Source: Histomonas meleagridis 2922-C6/04-290x (Eukaryota > Protista > Parabasalia). Taken from it: a stretch of 64,000 nucleotides of DNA. This document shows positions 51,089-61,843 of this stretch, piece by piece. The notes below the pieces were generated by a model that saw nothing but the letters and a program-made list of their open reading frames with translations, was not told the origin of the DNA and searched no databases. The stretch is taken from the NCBI GenBank assembly GCA_020184695.1, contig JAANOX010000036.1:61079-125078 (forward strand), written 5' to 3'. The position numbers and the translations under genes are program-made. The stretch's first letter is position 1; each line of letters starts with the position of its first letter.

Positions 51089-54039
51089 TTATGATTTCTG
51101 TACTTTGAAACTTTCTTTCAGTTTCCACTTTTCCAAATTCGATTCTATTTGTTCCACATTACATTGCAATTCCGGCAACAATTTTGCAGTTGATTCAAAC
51201 AAAGGCAAGCAGACCGATCGATAGAACCCTATTTGACTTTTTGGCTTATCCAAATGTGCTCTATCATTCAAAGGCGAAGAATACTCCATTCCGTTTGCCA
51301 ATTCCAAGTCCCCTTGTCTAAAGAATTCTTCGCATAAGACGTCGCACCATTTGTCTGCCAGATTAAACGGTCTCGACACGTTTGATATATCGCCACATTT
51401 CAATAGCATTTGCATTAACAAAATTCTGTGCTCGAGATTTTCCATGTCAAAAATTTTGGCATCAAGCATCGCATCAAAGGACTTCAAAATGTCAAAATGA
51501 CGCGCCATGTCAGTGGCCAATATCATCCGGATGATCTCGGACCAGATCTGGCTATATTCATTCGGGCTTAAGTTGATGAAGATGTTACATTCTTCTTTTG
51601 ATATAATATCAATTGATGTTTGACAATGATGTGTTTCCATAACACTTTGATTCTTGAACAATATACCTAATGGAGTTTCAGCTTGTACATTATACATATT
51701 CGTAAACCCATCATGACCTACATCATGACATATTGAAGATACCAATAGAGCAAGTAATTCAAGTTTCGTTAACTTCTCATCCAGTTTTGATTGTATTACC
51801 TCAAAAGTGACGAACTGAGTTACATCAAGTGCATGATGCCAATTATGATAAGGTACATCATTATATGAGTCATGTAATTCAGTGAAAAACTTGAAAAGTT
51901 TTTCATTAGTGATTTTAAATTCTTGCGGCAAATTGAACTTATATAATATTGCAAAAAGGACCTTAATATGACCAATACCAGGGAATTGATAAGGATCGAA
52001 ATCAACTCTCCAAATGATATCATCATCAATGAATAGTTTTGTTGGACAATTTGTATATTTCGATCTTTCTTCAGGTTTTATATATTGTTTTAACTCTGTT
52101 TCACTTTTCCCTAATTTCGCTAAGTCTATAAGTTGAGATCTCTCAATAGAAACGGCCGCAAATACAGCAAAACAATCCAATATTTGGATATCTTCATTAG
52201 GGAATTGACGATTACTTTGTATCTCGATAATGCCTAAAGGGTTTTGATCACTACCATACAAAGGGATACAACAAATTACGTTTTCTGATTTCTTTGATTT
52301 CTCTTTTTTCCCAATTATTGTGTTCCTACCTAAGAACGTTGATATTCTCCCATTTATATTGATATGTTTATCCATATCATTATCATTGACATTATTATCA
52401 TTTGTTATATCATTACCCATAATCTCTTCATATTCTTCAGTTAATTCATTTAACGATGCCTTATCTGAAGTTTCTTTAATTTGGTTACCTACAAACATTC
52501 GAATCCCTTTACCGACAATAGCTTCTTGTGCAAATACATCTCCATGAATCACTGGCTTTCCAATATTAATTAATTGTGTAAAAGATCGATCAGAGTTATC
52601 ATATAAAAATAATGTTGCTCGAACTGCACTAACAGTACTACGAATATTTTCTAATATTTGATATAACAAATTCTTAATATTATCTGTATGCCCTAAAACA
52701 GCTGATAACCCTACAAATGTCCGAACTTGTTTTGTTAAACTTAATGACGCTTCATATAACTTAGCATTATCTAATGATATCCCACAAAAGACATTAAACG
52801 CCATTAACATTTTGATGTCATCTTCATCAAAGCCATTGGGCCCTATTTTGTTAATCATTTCTGTGACGCCCGCAATCTCTCCTCTGTTATTATAGATCGG
52901 AACACATAATATGGACTTAGTTCGATACCCTGTTTTGATATCAATGCTCTTATCAAAGCGGTCGTCTTGATATGCATCCAATATGTTAATAGTCTCCGCT
53001 GTTGTCGCTGTATGTCCGACAATACCTCTTCCAATTGGCATTCGAATCGCTTTATCTAATCCTCCTTGGAATCTCGAAACTAACTCCTGCTTCGCTTGGT
53101 CAACTAAGAACAATGAACATCGCTCCGCATTTAATAGTGTGCATGCCTTCTCCATAATTAACGGTACTAATGTATCGATATCTAATACTCCACTTATGAT
53201 CTCGGCAACTTCTAATAACGCAGAAAGCCGTTGCTCATAGTCATCTAATTGCGCTTCAAACTGTGGTTGGGTCATTGAACATGTCATCGACTTGAATACA
53301 AATGGTAAAACAGAACGTAGCTCAATGGCATCCTCAGTCCTGAAGTATCCGGGATTGGCTCTTCCTCTTAAGACAACTGTCCAAAATCGATGGGAGTCAT
53401 CGACATATGGCTGAGATAATATTGGCTCATCATGGAATCCATCACTCGCTTCATGATATGACTCGTGGTCCCGAACACTGCGCTCTAACACAAGTGAACA
53501 TTGACGAAGACTATAGCCGGCGACACCAGATTTTTGATAATCAAGTTGCAAAGGGGTGTCGCTGTCAGTCTCAAATCGAAAGAATTGGCCTTTGCTGGGG
53601 CTGTACATCCATATTTCCGCTTTTCGGCATCTAAGAGAACTGACGCATCTGATGTGACAACTCGAGTATCAATATTCTCATCAAAGTCGGGATGACTGCT
53701 TTGTGGCGTGACGCAAAGTGACGTAGCTGAGCGGTATACGGAGCTAAGAATCCCTTTGTCACATGGTGAAAATATTTGATATGTCGGGGAATAAAATTCG
53801 TTTCGTTTTGGAAGATAAAGCCAAAACGAACAAAACTGAGCTGAAAACGATTTGATAAGAACACTCTCTATGGATACGCTGAGAGGATGTGATTTCAATT
53901 CTTTGATTATTTGATCAAATGTTTCTTGCGGTGGCTCTTGTAATGGGCCAAGCGCCGGCGGTGCGTGGCTGATGTTCGGGAGCTTCTTTGTCAATGCACC
54001 TGTCTTGTGACCATTGACAATTGGGCTCAACGTGTGCAT
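51089..54039 (-). CDS. GAF-domain cyclic-nucleotide phosphodiesterase, split into two frames near 53620-53670
   Basis: Downstream ORF has GAF domains (LNAERCSLFLVD...DRFDKSIDIKTGYRTKSILCVPI) and PDEase motifs YHNWHHA, HDVGHDG, METHH and LKCGDISN. The upstream ORF encodes a truncated GAF (SSHPDFDENID...SVLL). Confidence 0.85.
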
Positions 54040-54069
54040 CAATCACATCAAATAACGGATGAAAAACCG

Positions 54070-54567
54070 TTTTCCAAATCACATCGATTTTTTAAAAAAA
54101 TTTACTTCTTTTCAACAACTAATGTTTGTATTTTTGTATTTGGAAATTCGAAATTGTCTTAAAGAGTTAACTCAACAAAATATTTAAATTTAAAATATTT
54201 CCAAATTTTTACAAAATGTAAATTTCATTGACCCAAATCATTTGTCGTAACAAATTACGTTTCCAACTTAAGTTAGTGTCTGAATGCATTTGGAATTTCT
54301 TCATTAATGGATAACGTTCATTTTCCAAATCACACCAATTTTTTAAAAAATTTACTTCTTTTAAACGATTAATGTTTGTATTTTTGTATTTGGAAATTTG
54401 AAATTGTCTTAAAGAGTTAACTCAACAAAATATTTAAATTTCAAAATATTTCCAAATTTTTACAAAATGTAAATTTCATTGGCCCAAATCATTTGTCGTA
54501 ACAAATTACGTTTCCAACTTAAGTTAGTGTCTGAATGCATTTGGAATTTCTTCATTAATGGATAACG
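54070..54567. repeat. Two-copy tandem duplication, period 251 bp, non-coding
   Basis: 54070-54316 and 54321-54567 are near-identical (TTTTCCAAATCAC...TTAATGGATAACG), differing by a handful of substitutions and indels. Confidence 0.9.
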
Positions 54568-54667
54568 ATTATTTTCCTTTCAAAATCTCTATCGTTGATA
54601 AATTTTAATTTGATTTTCGATTATTTTCGTCGGTATAATCGGATTCATTATCCTCTATCATAAACTT

Positions 54668-55705
54668 TCAGTCAACAATCGGATTCCACTCAGTAATTGT
54701 AATTTCCTCTTTAAACGTATCATCACCTGGATAACAATCGAACAAATCTTCACAACAATTTTCATCTTCTTGCTGACCATTGAATGCACTAATGTCTCCA
54801 TACTCGAAATAATACATTGGCGATAGATAATTCGTAATTTGTTCTGTTTTCCATTTGATATCATCAGCATTTACCAATTGTTCTGGTACTACGTTTGCAT
54901 TAGCATTAACATAATTTGCATATAAAACTGGATTAAACACTGTTTCTCTCTTTGTTCTTTGTTTTCGTTTGTCTTCATGAACATCTTCTTCATATATTTC
55001 AGGCATTTGAACATTAGTTATCGATGGAACAAAGCAAATTAATGTATTACTTGATACATAACGCGAACTCCATTGCCTTAATAAGATAGGATAACACTTA
55101 AGAGATGGCAATGCTGTGATTACACAATCTCGTGATTTAGATTTACATGAAATTGATACATAGCCAAGTTTTTGGAAACTTCCATTGATTGATGACTTAC
55201 ATCGGCATGTGAGATTCTTTAGTTGGCGATTATTTAAACATAATATTGGGCCACAAAAACAGATTCCTACTAAAACACATCTTGCTTCTTTGTTAAATTC
55301 AGACTGTTCAATAAAATGAACTAGTATACTAAGCTCATTTGGAAATGATACAATTCTTTTATCTTTTGACGTTTTCTTTTCTTCATTTTTGAAGTTCTCG
55401 CAAATTCTTACATATTCTTCTTTCTCATCTTCGGAAAGCATCTTCCAATAATTTTCATAGATTTGACACTCTTTGAGAAATGATGGTTTCATGAAAATGA
55501 ACCAAAAGCTCAAATTTTCTTTCTTCTCTGTAAAATTCAATGAAAAATTTCTCCCGTTTTGAATCAATAACCGTCGAGAATCGGTTTCCTTAAACTTTTT
55601 GTATACAACATATCTCAATCTTGTTGGCAAAACGGTTGATCCCTCGACGATAGAGTCGAATGAATTTAAAATCATCGTACTCTTATTCAAAAGCTTGAAT
55701 AACAC
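54668..55705 (-). CDS. Initiator-binding-domain (IBD, IBP39 family) transcription-factor-like protein
   Basis: ARCVLVGICFCGPILCLNNRQLKNLTCRCKSSINGSFQKLGY...LRQWSSR is the parabasalid IBD pattern. True start is probably MKPSFLKE (55492). Confidence 0.85.
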   Translation of the reverse strand: MLFKLLNKSTMILNSFDSIVEGSTVLPTRLRYVVYKKFKETDSRRLLIQNGRNFSLNFTEKKENLSFWFIFMKPSFLKECQIYENYWKMLSEDEKEEYVRICENFKNEEKKTSKDKRIVSFPNELSILVHFIEQSEFNKEARCVLVGICFCGPILCLNNRQLKNLTCRCKSSINGSFQKLGYVSISCKSKSRDCVITALPSLKCYPILLRQWSSRYVSSNTLICFVPSITNVQMPEIYEEDVHEDKRKQRTKRETVFNPVLYANYVNANANVVPEQLVNADDIKWKTEQITNYLSPMYYFEYGDISAFNGQQEDENCCEDLFDCYPGDDTFKEEITITEWNPIVD

Positions 55706-55993
55706 GAATCCTCAAGGATTGCATTGCGTCTGCTTTTTGTTTGCTAAGGCATAACACGTGCATGCATATTTTTCCAATAAGAAATAAACGAACTAATAAT
55801 AATACATTTCTTTTTTTTTTGCTTTTACTTTTATATTCACTGATTATAAATTCGATTTAAAAAAGTTTTATCTTATCTGAAAAATTCATACTTTGTTCTT
55901 TGTTGTGAATCTGTATAGTGATTTACACCTAACCTTAAAGGTAGAAATGCTGTTTCGAAAGGATTTTTAAAAAAGACGTTTGTTTTTTAGGGA

Positions 55994-56386
55994 ATGCAAG
56001 TCGAAGTGCCAATTGATGCACCAATCGAAATTAAAAAGAAAATAGCGAAACGCCTTCAAAAGAAAGGAGCTCTTAGTTCTATTGAGCGAAAAATTAAACT
56101 GGGAATGTTGATATCTATTGAGGAATTACGAGAAGATCCAAACAAAGAAAGTAAACTTGAACGCAAAAAATTTAAGAATGCTAGCCCACGCGAACTAGAA
56201 GCTTTGAATTGTGTATTCAACTTTTTAGCTGAACATAATTTAACATATACTCTTTCTACAATTCTTGAAGAATCATGTGTTCAAAGAAATAAAAACCAAA
56301 AAACTAGGGTTGAAGACCTCGTTAAGTATGCTCAAAATTCTTCTTCTGAATCCACTGATGATTCAAATTTATTTTCAGATGATTAA
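55994..56386 (+). CDS. Small FOP/LisH-like (centrosomal dimerisation) protein
   Basis: LQKKGALSSIERKIKLGM and CVFNFLAEHNLTYTLSTILEES resemble the FOP/TON1 N-terminus and a LisH motif. Confidence 0.45.
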   Translation: MQVEVPIDAPIEIKKKIAKRLQKKGALSSIERKIKLGMLISIEELREDPNKESKLERKKFKNASPRELEALNCVFNFLAEHNLTYTLSTILEESCVQRNKNQKTRVEDLVKYAQNSSSESTDDSNLFSDD

Positions 56387-56729
56387 GCGCACTTATATGA
56401 ACATAGCACTTGTATAAAAAATTATATCATTTTAATTTTTTTGACTTATAATCAATCTCTTGTAACTAAACTTGCTTCATTCATTATATTAAACTGACTG
56501 AGTCAAGTACAAAAATATATAAAACAGTTTATTAACTTATGTACATATGTAAAACATCAGCCATTTATCGTTGTAAATGATTGTTTTAACCAAATCCAAA
56601 TAACTCATAAATTATTATATATATAAAACTTAACAAATCATTTTCAGATAACTTCAAGTTGTTTTCCACATTCTTTTCCCAAAAATAATTTTTTTAATAA
56701 AAATTTTCAATTCCTCTCTTTCTACCAAC

Positions 56730-57110
56730 TTAAAATGACCATGCGCCATACAGGAATTGGTCATTCTCGCTGCGAATGTCACCACTTTTGCAAAAGTCAT
56801 CAAAATTGATGTCAAATAATTCATAATTAATATCTTTGAAGATATCATTTTCACGAAAATCAAAAGTAGACTTAAGTTCCATTCCATTTACTGGCGCTGG
56901 ATCAAAAACATCATCAGAAGGAAGAAAAATTTCATCAAGTTTACTTTGGGAAGTGTCATTTTTTGAATCTTGAGTGGAACTATCCTTTTTAATTAGATTT
57001 CCTTTGTCATCTAGTTGATACTTTTCGATTCCATCAGAGCCATCATATAAAATTTTTGAGCACGAATATGAAATCGCGGACGAGTCTGTCTTAATACCTC
57101 GAGAGGCCAT
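56730..57110 (-). CDS. Hypothetical acidic protein
   Basis: 126-aa ATG-initiated ORF with normal codon usage. Confidence 0.55.
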   Translation of the reverse strand: MASRGIKTDSSAISYSCSKILYDGSDGIEKYQLDDKGNLIKKDSSTQDSKNDTSQSKLDEIFLPSDDVFDPAPVNGMELKSTFDFRENDIFKDINYELFDINFDDFCKSGDIRSENDQFLYGAWSF

Positions 57111-57880
57111 ACCAAATTAGTGAATTACTTAGAAAAAGGAGTCACTTCGAGTGCGGCGTACTTATGGATAGTTGAAACCAATTTTTTTGGAGTTAACAAA
57201 ATCATTCCTTTTCTTTGAAAAATTGTGTTGAAAAAACCAATTTTGCAATTGAAAATAACATACCGTTATATTGAATATTCCATCAAATGAAAAAACTCCA
57301 ACGATAAACTCATAATCAAAAGTAGAAAGAAAAAACGATCGGTTTCAATTGAATTGTCTTACAAAAAGTTTTATCGTACGATACCATTTTTGAATTTCAT
57401 GTGGGAATGTCAAACAAGGATGAAACACATAATAAAATTGAAAATAAAGTAAATTGATGTTATTCCCTTTGAAGCCTAGAAAAACGAGTAAACATTTGGT
57501 GCTTATCTTCACTAGTTGACGCAAACTAGATTTTGAGGGAAACTTGCTTAATTCAACTATCTTTAAGATTTTAAATGGTATTTCGATATAAAAGCAAGCT
57601 CAAACGAAATAAAGCTTCTTAAGTAACAAATTTAGGCATGATAAACAGTTTGAAAATGGAATCATTTTTACAACGTAATGATTATTTACTGTGCTTCATT
57701 CTGTAGTTTTAAATATGGGTTAATATCGCAACTGCCAAAAAGCATATGGATTCTTGATTAAAAATAAGATCAGTTTGATTGGTATTTTTATGTCAGTAAT
57801 ATTTTCTCACAATTTTATTTGGCAATAAATTAAATTTTGGTTCAATTGAAAAATTTCGGTTTTGGCTCTCCTTTTTCCCA

Positions 57881-58303
57881 ATGTCTAAGGTTACAATGAG
57901 GATCAGGAAGTACATTGTCAACAAGCTTCTTGATCGTAAGCAATTTGTTGTTGACCTCAAACACCCAGGTAACAGAGCACCAACACGTGATGAAATCAAG
58001 GATTTGGTCGCCAAGCAATTAAAGGCTAACAAAGATCTCATCGTTATTTTCTCACTCGAAACAAAGTTCGGAGGTGGCCGCACAACCGGTTTTGGCCTCA
58101 TATACGACAATCTTGATGCACTCAAAACTATCGAACCAAAGCATCGTCTTATCAAGGCTGGTCTTGCTGAAAAGAGCAAGGTAACACGTCGTATGCGTAA
58201 AAATACTCGTAAGCAAAAGGTTAAGGTTTGGGGATCTGGTGTTCGTGCTCAACGTCATAAGGTCCGCCGTCAACAACGCAAGGAAGCTCTTGAAGGTCAA
58301 TAA
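57881..58303 (+). CDS. RPS24: 40S ribosomal protein S24
   Basis: NKLLDRKQFVVDLKHPG...TKFGGGRTTGFGLIYD...EPKHRL is the eS24 signature. Confidence 0.97.
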   Translation: MSKVTMRIRKYIVNKLLDRKQFVVDLKHPGNRAPTRDEIKDLVAKQLKANKDLIVIFSLETKFGGGRTTGFGLIYDNLDALKTIEPKHRLIKAGLAEKSKVTRRMRKNTRKQKVKVWGSGVRAQRHKVRRQQRKEALEGQ

Positions 58304-59056
58304 ACCATTTATTTCCATTACTTAATTGTTTTAATTTGAAACTTTTTATATTTCCAAACTTGTAAATATTTCCATCAAAATGTATGACGGTTATTTCCGT
58401 TAAAAAGTGTCTTTGATTTTTTAGAGAACGTTTAAATATAAACCTTGTTGTGATAAACAATGAAAACATGTTTAATAAAAGTTATGACTTTTAAAATAAA
58501 AATAATATTATTTTTCCATGAAAGATACTTTCATGAGCAATAATATTCGTAAAATCATGATCTATTAATAGAATAATTTTGATCAAAAATAATGTTTTTC
58601 ATTTGCATAAAAAGCATATTGCAATATGTTTATTCAGTTTTGATTGCAAAAACTCAAATCAGTGTAATTACAAAACAAGACCCTTAGCATGACTTTTGCA
58701 ATCAGCTCCTGGCGTGTACACGTTTTAGCTAAAATTGGTGAGTTTGGATCGAATTTATATATAATCTTTAGCATAGGTCCGAGCACCAAGACTCTTTCGC
58801 GGCCGAAATGCGCATTTCTGAAAATTGGTATCAACTTTTTTCGAGAACTGATATGGTAATTTCTTGCTCAAAGTAAAAAAAATTATATTTCTTCTATTTT
58901 ATTTCAGGGAAAACAATTCTTATAACATAAAACACTTTTTATCGATTATCTGTAAAAATAAAATATATACAAGAGAAAATATTTTTTTTGTAATATCATT
59001 ATCAACTTTTTCTATGTTAAAAACTGAAATCGCCAATTTAAATAAATGCAACCAAG

Positions 59057-61088
59057 ATGAACAAAGAAGATCAAATTGATGAAGCAAATCAAAAATCTCA
59101 AAACGAATTAGAAACATTTATCACATTCAAAAATATAATCTTTGGTTTAAATATGAACAATTTTCTTCAGTCAGTATATTTTATAAACAACAAATTTTGC
59201 AAAAATTATCCAATATCTTATAACTTATTTGTAAGTAGTATGATATACACGTCATTTTTTATTAAAAATAAAAATCTTGATATGAATATATATTTGAGAT
59301 TATTACAAGAAATTGAAAAAAATGAAATAAATTATAATTCCACTTCAAAAATAATAGACGTATTTTCTCATTACCTTCTTGAAGAAAAAACACAAGAATC
59401 ATATTATTTTCTTAATTACATGATTGAACATAATTTAATTGAACCAAAAATCATTCCAACAAACATTCCATTTTTTGTGCATTTAAACCAAGAAGAATTA
59501 AGTGAATTTAAAAATTGGTTTTGTCTCGAAAATGTTAATTATGAAGATCTTTCAAAGAATGATTGGGAACTTCACAAGCAATTAATTAAAGAAGGTGTTA
59601 ATCCAAATGAAACTGCTAAAATCATTCGAAATGAAGATATAGAAAAGCTTCAAGAAATATCATCACAAAATACATTTGATTTTAATCAGACAATTGAACC
59701 ATCAATTTATGAAAGATGTTCATTTATTAACAAAGAAGATGTTACATTAATTGATTATGCAGCATTTTTTTCTTCAGTTAAATGTTTTAAATTTTTATTA
59801 ATGAATGGAGCAAAAGCAACTAATACAGGAAAATATGCAATTGTAAGTGGAAACGAAGAAATCATTCATTTATGCGAACAGAATCACTCATCTTTTGAAA
59901 GTGCATATGAAATAGCAATTCAATTCCATCAAAATAATATCTTTAAATATTTTTATGAGAATAAATTAAAAGAAATTTATAGTTTAGAAGAATTAGGGAA
60001 AAAATGTATTTTACATAATAATTTTGAAATTTTTAAATTTTTACTAGAAAATGGAATGAAAATTGATGATGATATTGTTAATAAATCTGCAAAAATTGGA
60101 AATACTTTTATTGTGAAATATTTCATTAAAAATAAACATATTCCAAAGAATATTTTAATTTATTCATCAAGATCGTGTAACATTGAACTTGTTACATATA
60201 TTTTGAAACATAATGAATTTGAGGTAAATGTGAAAAATATTTGTTTTCATAATTTAAAATTTCAAAATATTATCTGGAAATTATTAAATTTATTTAAAAC
60301 AGCACTCATGTATGCATCATTAAATGGTCATACAGAAATAGTAAAAATTCTTCTTGAACAAAAAGGAATTGATATTAATGCCAAATATATTTAATTGTTT
60401 GACTTAAAATATATTTTTGCAATTTAAAATTTAAAAATAATACTTGAAATTTATTTAAAATATATGGAATTTATTTAGAATATTTAAAACAGCACTAATG
60501 AAAGCATCTGAAAATGGTCATACAGAAATAGTAAAAATACTTCTTGAACAAGAAGGAATTGATGTTAATGCTCAAGACATTTATTTGTTTTATTTAAAAT
60601 TTTTTTTAATAATTTTATCAAATTTCAAAATAATATTTGGAAATTATTCAAATTATTTAATACAGCACTTATATTAGCATCTAGATATGGCCACATGGAA
60701 ATAGTTAAAATACTTCTTGAACAAGAAAAAATTAATGTTAATGTTAAAGGTTTTTATTTGTTTTGTATAATATTTATTATAATAATTTGATATTTCAAAA
60801 TAATATTTGGAAATTATCTACTCTATATATGACGGCACTCACATGGGCAACTTACATGCATCACACAGAAATAATAAAATTACTTCTTAAACAAAAAGGG
60901 ATTAATGTTAAATATAAGAATATTTGTTAATTTAATTTAATATTTATTTAAATAAATCGCAATTTCAAAATAATATTTGGAAATTATTCACATTATTTAT
61001 GTCAGCACTTAATTATGCAGATATAAGTAATAATACAGAAATAAGTAATTTATTTCTTGTATATAATAATAAATGCTTTATTTTTTAA
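59057..61088 (+). CDS. DUF3447 plus ankyrin-repeat gene continuing beyond the track stop (60394) through five inserts
   Basis: After the DUF3447 region come 102-nt ankyrin segments at 60296, 60486, 60659 and 60829 (KTALMYAS, KTALMKAS, NTALILAS, MTALTWAT) and a final segment at 60999 (MSALNYAD...CFIF*), in shifting frames. Confidence 0.75.
60248..60998 (+). other. Five inserts in consecutive ankyrin repeats (60248-60295, 60398-60485, 60588-60658, 60761-60828, 60931-60998)
   Basis: Lengths 48, 88, 71, 68 and 68 nt; shared TTTCAAAATAATATTTGGAAA-like motif; TGGAAW ends 15 nt before the next ankyrin segment in all five. Confidence 0.7.
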
Positions 61089-61178
61089 GTTTCTGATATG
61101 TTTTTATTCTTGTATAATGATAATTTTTCATTTTTAATTCAGATAAAATTCTGGTCGATCAATAATACCAACATTATA

Positions 61179-61690
61179 TTCAATAACAGGTTCCGAAATT
61201 TGGAAAGTACAAAACAATTTCTCGTCAACTGTTATCATTGTACAATGTTTTTATATATATAAAATGCTACGTAGCAATAGTAAAGCACCGCATGTATAAC
61301 GTTGATTTCTTCCCATATTTCAATTTTACCATCTGGATCCAGATGGTTATGATTATAACAAATCACATAAAAATTCCTCTTCTGGAACTTCTAAGAGTCT
61401 AATGTCATCAAGTGTGTGTAAGCTTAGTGAAATGCCTCTTTGGATACAAAATACTGTGTTATCAATAACAGCTATTGGCAGCCAATTTAAAACATCACAA
61501 ACTTCTTCCAGATTGAAGTTTTGTAATGTTTACTGCATTCATTTTAGAAGTAATAAAAACTAATGATATGTGAACACTCATGATTTCCACATAGCATATA
61601 AAAATCATTTGGACATAAAGTTTTGTAACACAAGAGAATTCTCATTCATACGGTTTCAATACTCTGTACTCCCTTCAACATAACCAAATC
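61179..61690 (-). pseudogene. Decayed PPP-family (PP1-like) Ser/Thr phosphatase
   Basis: Manual translation across frameshifts and stops: GYVE.GVQSIETV, LCYKTLCPNDFYMLCGNHECSHI, IWKK/CDVLNWLPIAVIDNTVFCIQRGISLSLHTLDDIR, FLCDLL* and CTMITVDEKLFCTFQISEP. These match the PP1 order GDYVDRG, RGNHE, HGG, CDLLWSDP and MSVDETLMCSFQIL. Confidence 0.8.
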
Positions 61691-61843
61691 GTGTCTATCA
61701 TGTAATAATGAATTGAAATTTTAATGCTTCTTCATTCAAGCAAAGCTCGCAATGAAAGGCATTTTAAACTTAATGTTACACATAAACATTTGCACCACAA
61801 AATTTAGAACAAAAAATACATAAATTTTATATAAAAAATTTTA

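Noticed and set aside
58634-58834. 66-aa minus-strand ORF with slightly raised GC
   Set aside because: No recognisable motif; could be a relic but cannot be supported.
60239-60302. Canonical GT-AG splicing of the ankyrin inserts using GTTTT... and the ACAG/TCAG inside the T-A codons
   Set aside because: It gives an in-frame product for only two of eight inserts (60248 and 60931 types) and deletes the conserved x-T-A-L helix start. It fails for the others (no AG at ACG GCA, wrong phase, or a preceding stop), and no ACTAAC branch motif is present.
35021-61088. Alternative genetic code (TAA reassigned) as the explanation for internal stops
   Set aside because: Most well-conserved genes in the window (SMC2, SRP68, UTP12, RPL39, RPS24) terminate at TAA and have no internal TAA, and most interruptions also shift the frame.
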